Of a stretch of DNA of 64,000 nucleotides, positions 48,847-58,900 are shown one piece after another. The DNA is from Bacteriovoracaceae bacterium (GTDB taxonomy: Bacteria > Bdellovibrionota > Bacteriovoracia > Bacteriovoracales > Bacteriovoracaceae). The position numbers and the translations under genes are program-made. Position 1 is the first letter of the stretch. Every line of letters starts with the position of its first letter. Location: positions 1,842,146 through 1,906,145 of the forward strand of contig OZ244226.1 of NCBI GenBank assembly GCA_965217035.1, in the 5' to 3' direction. The notes beneath the pieces are model-generated. The model ran no database searches and was not told the DNA's origin. It saw only the letters and a list, made by a program, of their open reading frames with translations.

Positions 48847-49651
48847 TAAAGAATTTTATTGATCTTTGTTGATCTACTTTATTTTCGTAGTAAAGATCAG
48901 GAACCTCTTTTTTAAACTCATTAAGTGTTATTTCGTTTATCTCTTTTAAAACAGCACAGGCCTCAATCTTTTTCTTAGTCTTGAAGTAATATTCGGCTAG
49001 AGAGATACTGTTGAAAATATATCGACTAATTCCTCTTCCGTTCATTATCGTTTTGTTAACACTTAGTGAAAGATATTTAAATGCTTTCTTTTTATTTCCA
49101 AAAGGTGAAGGCATTTTAGTATTTGCAATTCCCAAGGTTCGATGAGCTCCATAGTTTGAAACTTCAGCTTTCTTGATCTTTATAATAAATTTCATTCTTC
49201 TTCGAATTTGAGGCCAATTTTTTAAAGCGGCAGTGGTTCCTTTGATCTCGGAAATTCTAGCGAGAGATGTTCCTCCTTGATAAGCAGAAAGAGCAACTTC
49301 ATATTTTGTCTTTTCATCGAGTTCATTAGCGACATCTTTATCATAACCTTTCATGAATTGTTCGCGACATTGATCGGCTTGGTTCATTGAGATTTTAAGA
49401 TATTTGATTTCTTCTTCTGAATTATCCAATTGAGAGCCATGAAAAAAGTTGAGGTAAGAAGCTTTGTTGAGAAGAAAACATTTCTCTGTTTTATTGTTTT
49501 CATTTTTGGCAAGTTCTTCGAACAACTTAGCGGCTTTGATGGCATTTCCTAGGGTTTCACCTCGTAGTTTGTAGAGGTTTAGGGCTTCAGTTCGTGTCTG
49601 AGAAAAAAGGGAAAGACTAAATAAAATGGTGCTAAACAAGAGTATTTTCAT
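48830..49651 (-). CDS. Secreted helical-repeat protein, TatT/BstC-like
   Basis: Signal peptide; TPR-like helices; YGAHRTLG....KMP..FG...KA..YL pattern. Confidence 0.55.
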   Translation of the reverse strand: MKILLFSTILFSLSLFSQTRTEALNLYKLRGETLGNAIKAAKLFEELAKNENNKTEKCFLLNKASYLNFFHGSQLDNSEEEIKYLKISMNQADQCREQFMKGYDKDVANELDEKTKYEVALSAYQGGTSLARISEIKGTTAALKNWPQIRRRMKFIIKIKKAEVSNYGAHRTLGIANTKMPSPFGNKKKAFKYLSLSVNKTIMNGRGISRYIFNSISLAEYYFKTKKKIEACAVLKEINEITLNEFKKEVPDLYYENKVDQQRSIKFFNEFNC

Positions 49652-49812
49652 TGCAGTAAACTACCAGAATGTTCACTGTTGGAGAAATTTTGTCTAAGGA
49701 ATTTCATAGGAAAGTCTAAAAAAAACTCAGCTAAACAAAAAGCGACTATTTTTATTGGCACTTTCTGGAAAACTTGAGCTTTCAAATGATTCCTCTTTAA
49801 AAAAATAAGCTC

Positions 49813-49825
49813 TAAGTCTTTGATA
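49813..49825 (-). promoter_or_regulatory. IHF-binding consensus site
   Basis: Minus strand TATCAAAGACTTA matches WATCAANNNNTTR, next to A-tracts in the divergent promoter region. Confidence 0.45.
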
Positions 49826-49929
49826 TTACAAAGTAAAAAATAAAGTTTTTTAATAAATTTTACGATACTGCTCCATGTTAGGATTGCGTTAAGTACTCCT
49901 CTTAAATAACTATAAGGGAAAGTTTTTTA

Positions 49930-52900
49930 ATGAATAAAAGTAGCACGTTAGTCGTATTCATTTCACTCTTACAAATCTTGTTTTATACAGGTTGTGTTAG
50001 TGACGGAACGACTGTTGTCAATGGAACTTACACTATTTCCATAACAGAGCCATCTGCAGACGGTGCTTCTCTTGGGAAGAACTCGATCATCGGCGGTGAT
50101 TGTGGCCATCCTAATTATCCAATTGTTCTTTCAGGAGACGTAAGTCTTTATAGTGTTTGTCAGGGAGATAACACTTGGTCAGCGCCCATTTCTGGAGTTG
50201 GTTTCTCTGAAGGGCAAACAGTAACAATAAATGTTCAACTTAATAGTCCTGACTACATGACAACTTCTCCAGTAGTAACGAGAACTTTTACAAAATCAAA
50301 TGTGACTTGTGATAACCCAGCTAACTTAACAAAGCTTTTTGGAAATATCGATGATGGAGCTGATGGATCTGCAACTCCTTATATCATTTGTACTTCTCAG
50401 CAATTTGAAAATATCGGAATTTATCCAAGTGCAAATTTTGAACTTGGAACCAATATTAATTTTGCCTATGCAAGCTTTAATCCTATTGCAGTTCCTTTTA
50501 CAGGACAGCTTGATGGTAAGGATTATAGAATTGAGAATTTTCAGATCAATGATTCAGCAGCGACTTCAACGGGAATTTTTCGTGCTGTAAGCGGAGCTAC
50601 GATTCGAAATATTAAGATTAAAAATGTCAATGTCATAGGGACGGCTCGAGTTGGTATTTTGGCTGGTGACTGGAGAGGAGTTGGAACTATTGATAATGTT
50701 GATGTCCAAGGAACTGTTCAAGCAGTTCAAATGGGGGCAGGACTTATTGGACTGGCAAACACGAACTCTGCTCTTAATATTTCTAATTCAAATCTCGATG
50801 TTAACGTTACCTCAAATGATTTTGCAGGTGGTGTGATTTCCTATGTTTTTGCAAATAACACAAACTTTGCCATGACTAATACAAATGTCTATGCAAATGT
50901 TACCGGGCAAAATTATGTCGGTGGTGTTATTGGGCGTTTTTGGAATTCTAATGCATCTCTAACAAATGTTCTTCATAAGGGAAATATTGTCTCTACAGGA
51001 AAATATGTTGGTGGTATCGTTGGCGAAGCCTATCACGGAGTCACTTTAAATCAATCACGTCATGTTGGTTCAATTAATGTTACTCGAAATAGTGAAAATG
51101 ATGATATGAATGTCGGTGGCCTTGTAGGTGTATCAAGGTCAACTACGAATATTACAGATTCCCATGTTGTAAGTAATATTACAATGGGTGGAGATTATGC
51201 CGGTGGTCTTGTTGGGCGCTATTTCGGTGGGACAATTTCTAACTCTTATTCAAGAGGAACACTTACGGTTGATGATACATATTATAATGCAGTTACTAAA
51301 TTCGTAGGTGGTCTTGCGGGCAATGTTAATACCAATAGTGCGATTGTTGGTTCCTACTCTTTAATGAATATAAACTCAAAAGCAGAATATGTAGGAGGTC
51401 TTGTTGGTTACCTAGGTGGTGCTGCAAGTTCTATTGATAACTCTTATTCAACGGGAACGATTGCTGCTAATAAAAACTTTGTTGGTGGTTTGGTTGGACA
51501 GTTCACAGGGGCTTCACTTTCTAATTCATTTTCGAGGTCAGATATCACTATAACGAATCCAACTCCTCAAGCCTATATTGGTGGTCTTGTTGGTTATGTT
51601 AATAATCCATCGACATTTAGTGCACTCTATAATAGTGGTAATGTCGTTATTTCTAATGGTACTGCTGATAATGTCGGTGGTGGTTTTGGTTACGCTCAAG
51701 CAACAAGTATTAATGATGTTTTCAACTCTGGTGATGTGTCTGGTGCTAGAAATAATGTTGGAGGTATTGCCGGTTATTTAAGAGCTCCTCTAACTTCTGC
51801 TTTTTCAAGTGGATCGATCTCTAGTAAACTTCGTTATGTTGGAGGTATTGCAGGGATAGCAAATCAAGTTAATATCACGGATGCTTTTTTTACTGGAAGT
51901 GTTGCTGGAGATGGTGAAGTTGCTGGGATTGTCGGTTGGTATATACCAAGCGCAACATCAGTTTCCAATGTGTATGTCACTGGTAGCATTTATAAAAATG
52001 CTGGATCTACCGTCGCAGATAGTTCTTTTGGACCAATTGGTGGAAATATTACAAGTGGTGATATTTCTAATGGTTATTATATTGATAGTTTGTTGATGTA
52101 TGATAATGGGACGACAGCTCCAATATCTTCGCCGAATACTTTTGGTTCGACACTTACAGCATCTCAACTCGATAATTCGGTTAACTATTCAGGATTTAAT
52201 TTCCCTTCTGATTGGGTTATTCCTTCTGGCGGTTTTCAGCTTCCTTTTAATGCTTCTTTATACTCAAGAGCTGTTCTTCACTGGATGGACCAAGCTGATT
52301 ATGGCTTTATTCAACCAGCAAGTTATGGTGATGATCCGATCAACGAAGCTGATCCTGAAATTATTCCAGAAACAGGTTCTTATGAAAGTCTTGCTTCTGA
52401 ATTCGGTCAAGATCTTGTTGATGAAATTACATCGAGTAGCGCAGTTTCAAATGTAACAGTTGGAAACTTAGAAATTTCAATTGAAAACCCAGCAATTGAC
52501 AATGAAACGATTATTGGAAGAATGTTGGTTTACGGTGAATGTGGTCAGTCAGGAAATACTGTACAAATTTCTGGAAGTTTTGATCTTTGGACAATTTGTC
52601 AAAGTAACAATAGATGGGCTGCAGTTATTGATGCTGACAGCTTAGCAAATGGATCTCTTACCTTATCAGTTGATATGAAGAACTCATCTCTTGGAGCTGG
52701 TTCTCCTGTTGTTTCGAGAACATTAAATAAACCGAGCACAGTTTGTTCTGACAGTCAGTCTCTGACAGGGGTTTATGGTAACTCTCACTTGAGTCCAGAT
52801 GGATCTTCTACTCCTTATATTATTTGTCATTCAGGGCATTTTGAAAATATTGCTTTAAATCCTAGTGCGAACTTTGATCTTGGAGCTGATGTTGATTTTG

Positions 52901-55900
52901 CCAACAACACTATTGATCCTATCACAGCAGAATTTACGGGACGTCTTGATGGTAAAGGTTTTAGGCTTAAAAACTTTAATATTTCTAAGTCCTCAACTGT
53001 TGGAGTTGGGCTTTTTAAGGAAATGGGGTCTGGAGCTATTGTTCAAAACTTAAAGCTTTCAGGTTTTACAGTAAGTGGTTACGATCAAGTTGGTTCTCTA
53101 GCAGGAAAATGGAAAGGAACGGGTTCTATTACGAATGTCCAAGTTGATGGTTCTGTTACAGGAATTGCAAATACAGGTGGTCTCGTTGGATTAGGGAATA
53201 CAAGTTCGGCATTAACGATTACAAATCTTATTTCGACAGTAAATGTCACTGGAAATAATTTTACAGGTGGTGTTGTTGGTCTGATTAATACAGCTGACGG
53301 ATCTTTTAGTGCTAATAATATTACGCTTCATAATACGATAACAAGTACTGGAGCCTCTGGTTATGTTGGTGGTTTTATCGGTCAGGTTTTACAACCGAAT
53401 ATTGCTGTCAATGCAATTACTCAAGATATGAATATTACGGCAACAGGTGAGCATATTGGTGGTCTTATCGGTGACATGGTCAGTGGAACTATCTCAAACT
53501 GTACTATTAATTCTGATATTACAATTACGGTCGATGGTAACAATGGCTTCATTGGTGGAGCGGTTGGTAGAGCAACGGCAAGCTCAGCTATAGATACATG
53601 TCAGTTTAATGGAAACATTCATGCTGGTAGCGATAATGTTGGTGGGATTGTTGGTTATCTTAACCAAGGAACTTTGAGAAATATTACAACAAGTGGAACA
53701 ATTGTTGTAAACGACGAAAAATATAATGTTCCAAGACAGTATGTTGGTGGGATTATTGGTCGATCTGAAGATGATTTTCCTGTGAATTTTACGGACTCTT
53801 CATCTTCTATGTCTATTAATGCAAATGCGAAGTTTACAGGTGGTGTTGCTGGACGAATTCCAGAAGACACATCAGTGATGAGAAATGTTTTTGCAACAGG
53901 TGAAGTCATTGGTAGTACTCAGTTTGTTGGTGGACTTGCTGGATTTCTGATGGCTGCAACAATTGAAGATTCTTATGCCACAGGTAATGTTCAAGTTAAT
54001 AACACGACTCCTAATGCTTATACCGGAGGACTTCTCGGTTATTCAAACAGTAAAACTGCGGTCATAAAGAGAGTTCATGCTACAGGAAATGTTACGATCA
54101 ATTCAGGGACTGCTGATTACGTAGGTGGCCTTATTGGTTACTTCAGAGGTGGTGCTCTTGAAGATTCTTACGCGACAGGAAATATTACTGGTGTAAGAAA
54201 TAGCTCTGGTGGATTTATTGGTCTTAGTAGAGGAACAATTATTCGTTCTTATTCTACCGGAGATATTACGGCCAGCGGGCGGCATATTGGTGGTTTTGTT
54301 GGTTATCAGCTTAACGCTGGAATTAATGATTCATTTACGATTGGTAATGTTGAAGCGGATGATGAGAGTGGAGCTTTTATCGGTTATGTTAATGGTGGAA
54401 CTGATACTATTATTGATTCATATGCTTATGGTGTAATTTCTAAAGCATCAGGGTCATCAGCTCCTGATATAAATTTTGGTCCATTTGTTGGAGCACTCTT
54501 TCAAGCTGATGCAATTGACGAAAGTACTTCATATTATATGACTGAGAACTATGGTGCTGGGAATAATACTCTTGGTTCTGCAATTAATCTTGCTGATGCA
54601 ACGACAGTCGGTTCTTATCTTGGCTTCAGTTTTGGTGGAAGTTTTTGGGCATTTCCTTCCGCTGGATATCAACTTCCAGGGGAGTCCACTGATTATACTT
54701 ATCCAGTCTTGAACTGGATGATCGGCGGTGGAGGTGGAAGCACTTATACTGTCAGCGGTACGTTAGCGGGATTAGAATTTGATTCACTCACTATCACATT
54801 AAATGGTTCAGAAAATATTACCCTTAATCCAGGTCAAACAAGTTTTACTTTTGGAACACCTTTATTAGAAACAGATCCATATTCTGTTACAATTACATCT
54901 CACCCAAGTGCTCCAGCCATCATATGTACCGTTACAAATGGTTCTGGAACAATGTCTACAGCAAATGTAAATAATGTCTCGATTAATTGTCCGGTATTTA
55001 CTGGCATTGCAATTGCAGCAGGAAATACAACAATTCAATATGGGCTTTTTGATTTTGTTTCGGTCATCGGAACACTCGATAGTTCGGACACGGTTGATTT
55101 AACAAACTATGTATCCTGGGGAATGAGTCCAACAGGAATCTTCAGTATCAATAGTAGTGGTAAACTGACTGCAGTTGCTGTGGGTTCAAGTACTTTAACA
55201 GCAAGTTATTTAAGTTTTAACGATAACCAGCTTTATAATAGTTTGAGCGCGCCAACTGCTGCAACTGGTATGGCATGGGTTGAAAGTTCCCCGGTTGCAA
55301 GTGCAACGATTAATGCAAGTTGGACTGTTTCTGTTGATGCTCTTGATTCTCAAGGGATCGACGTCTACCAGAATGCTAATTGTATTGGAAGTCCGGTGGC
55401 TTCGGTCGCTCTTACGAGTTCAGCGAATAGTTATTCTTATTCTGGAGCGATTTCTCCATTTACTTATTCATTTAAAATTCGATCAATGAGTAGTGGACTT
55501 TCTTCAACATCTGCTTGTTCAAATAACTTAACAATTGACTTAACTCCACCAAATCCAATTTTCAACCTTTCTATTGCTAATGGATGGACAACAACACCTT
55601 CTCCGGCAAATAGTCCGTTAGTTTTTTGGGCAAATCCATCAGGAGATCTCGATCATGTCGAAATAGCTCTTGGATCAAGTGTTGGAGCAAGCGACGTTGT
55701 TGCTTATGCAGATATTGGTACTGTAACATCACATACTTTCACGAACCTATTAGGAATCTCTGAATGTACGATTTATTACCCGAGTGTAAAAACTGTTGAT
55801 GTTCTTGGGAATGAATCAAATATTGTCTCAAGTGTTTCATTTCAATGGGATCAAACAGCTCCTGTTTTAAGCGGAACACCTACAGTAGGTAGTGATGCTC

Positions 55901-58900
55901 TTCAAAATAAGTCCGCAACTTCAACTTGGTCTGTAGCAAGTGAAAACTGTGCTCTTTCTCATTATGAGTTTGCAGTAGGTACTTCTGCAGGTGCTAGTGA
56001 CACGATTGCTTGGATGAATATTGGAAACGTTGTTAGTTACCAGGCTCAAGATGGTATTGATGGAGTTTCTCTTAATTTAGCCCAGAATACTAATTATTTC
56101 ACATCGATTAGAGCAGTAGATACATCTGGCCAGACAGGAAATATTATTTCTTCGACTGCTTGGCAATACTTTGTTCCAGATAATGAACTCCCTGCAATGA
56201 TTCTTTGGCTCGATGGTCAAGATCTCGCAACAATTAAAGATGAAGCGAATAGAGATGCAACGGATGGATCTTTTTCTGGAAACGTCGACGTTTGGGAAGA
56301 CAAGTCAGGTAGTACTGATATTCACAACTTCAGTGTGTCAGCTTCAAGACCAACATTTAACGCCTCTAAGAATTATATCAATTTCAATGGAACAAACCAG
56401 GCGATGACTACGCCGAATCATGTTGATATTAATACAGGAACTCTGACAGAGAAAAATATTAGTTTTTCTTTAAAAACATCGACAGATATCTCAACTCGAC
56501 AAGTTGTCTATGAAGAAGGTGGAACTGTTCGTGGTATGAACATTTACATTGATGGTGGAAATCTTTATTGTGGTTTTTGGAACCTTCCTGGAGGAGAAGA
56601 CGGAGGACAGCCATTTGTTTCTCTTAGTACTCCTATTAGTACTAATTCAATCTATCATGTAACTTGGGTTTTTGATTATTCGAATTATGCAGGTTCTGCT
56701 GGCCCAGATGGAGCATTAGAATGTTTCGTTAATGGTTCGAGTATAGGTTCAGCTCCTTCCAGCGCTAGACTCTATCCGCATGGTGGGGCTATCGGTATCG
56801 GTCGTATGGACAATGATACATATTTTCATGATGGAACCTCTAGTGGTGATGGTCATTACTATCAAGGTGATGTCATGGAAGTCTTTATCACGAATGATAT
56901 TCCGACTGCGCAAGTTATTAGTGATCTTTATGATTATCTCGATAGTAAGTGGGGAAGTGTAGTTTCAGTTCCTGGTCCTCCTGTTGCGGCGTCAAGTCTC
57001 AATTTCTTAGAATCATCTCCTCAAAGTAGTCTTAGCTTTAATGCTAATTGGGTTGCTTCAACTTCTTTAGATGTGGTAGAGCAAAGAATTGAACTCTATG
57101 ATAATGCTTCTTGTTCAGGAATTGCAGTTGAAAGTCACTTAACAGGTAATTCAAGTACAACAGTACAATCGTTCGCTGTTGGATCTGCTGGACTCTATTA
57201 TTACAAAGTCGCTTCAGTTGATAACGATGGTAATGAAACAGAGTCGATTTGTTCTGTCGCTATGAATGTCGATCAATCTATTAATAATGCACCAAGCGCT
57301 GTTGCTTGGGCAGAAGGATTCTATAGCAATTCTTTAACGATGAATGCGAATTGGACGCCATCAGGTGATAGTGATATTGCTTCTCAAAGATTGAATGTTT
57401 ATCTTACGAATGATTGTAGTGGATCACCACTTTCTACGAGTAATATTGGAAATAATTCAACAAATGCTCAGACCGTTTCAGGTTCAGCTGGTCAAACTTA
57501 TTATTTTACAGTGACAGCGATCGACCAAGCAGGAAACGAACTCGATTCTAATTGTTCGCTTGGATTAGAAATCGATCTTGTTGCCCCCAATGCTCCTAGT
57601 TCAATTGCTTGGGTTGAGTCATCTCCTCATACGAGTACGACAATGACATCTTCATGGGCACTTTCAGCTTCTGGAGATGTTGCAAGTCAGAGAGTTGATG
57701 TCTATTCAGCAATTAATTGTAGTGGAGCCGTGATTCAATCTTTAAGTGTTAATAATTCCGATACTTCAAGAACAGTTGTTGGGAGTGTTGGTTCAACTTA
57801 TTACTTTAAAGCTATTGCTATAGATAATGCTGGTAATGAAGGAACGTCTGCGTGTTCAGATGGGTTATTTATAAGTTCTTCAGCCTTTGAAGCCCCTCAT
57901 ACTCTTTCTTGGGTAGAGTCTTCACCTGTTAATAACCTTAATGTTAATACTCGATGGACTCAATCCTCAGCATCTGGTTTAACTGGTCAAAGAATCGACT
58001 ATTATACAAACTCTTCTTGTTCTGGTGGAGCTGTTGCAACACAAAGCTTATCGACAGGAGTTTCGAGTGATGCTTTCTCTGGTCTTGATGGGACGAATTA
58101 TTATTTCACTGTAACAGCTATAAAAAGTGGTCAGGAATCAACTTCAATTTGTTCAGATGGGCTGTTGCTTGATGTTTCTGATCCATCACCAATCAAAGCT
58201 GTCTCGTTAAGTTCGAACTGGATTGCTTCTGCATCACCATTTAGTTCTCCTACATTCTCTTGGACGAATCCAGGAAGTGATATTGGTCATATTGAAGCGG
58301 GACTTGGGACCACTGCAGGAAGTGATAATGTTATTTCTTTTACTAATATTGGAGTCGTAAACTCACATAGTTTTTCCAGTTTAAGTCTCTCAGAATGTAC
58401 TCCTTTTTATCCGGTGGTTAAGGTTGTTGATGAGGCAGGAAATGAATCAGTTGTAGCCTTTGATGCAACAGGTTTTCAATATGACTATACTGTTCCAGCT
58501 GACATTTCTGGAATTGATGTTAGTGCAGGTGATGGATCTGACAGTGCCAGTGTAACAACTGCTTGGGCTGCTGGAAGTGATAACTGTAGTTTAAATCGTT
58601 ATGAGATGGCAGTATCAACTTCAACATCAGATTCAAACATTGTTCCGAATGGAAGCTGGACTAATATTGGCCTTACTGTAAGCGGACAACTTTCTGGACT
58701 TTCGTTAGCACCTGCAACTAATTATTATTCATTAATTAGAGCTGTCGATGCTGCTGGAAATGTAGGGAATTATATTGCTTCAGCAGCTTGGACTATCACT
58801 CTTGCTCCTGATGCAATTGCTGAACTTGAAGCCACTTCAATTCTCTATGATGCTATTTCGATTGGTTGGTTAACTCCAAATGATAATGGAACTCCAATTG

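Noticed and set aside
49756..49773. Sigma-54 promoter for the adhesin (TTGGCAC)
   Set aside because: The -12 TTGC element is missing at the required spacing.
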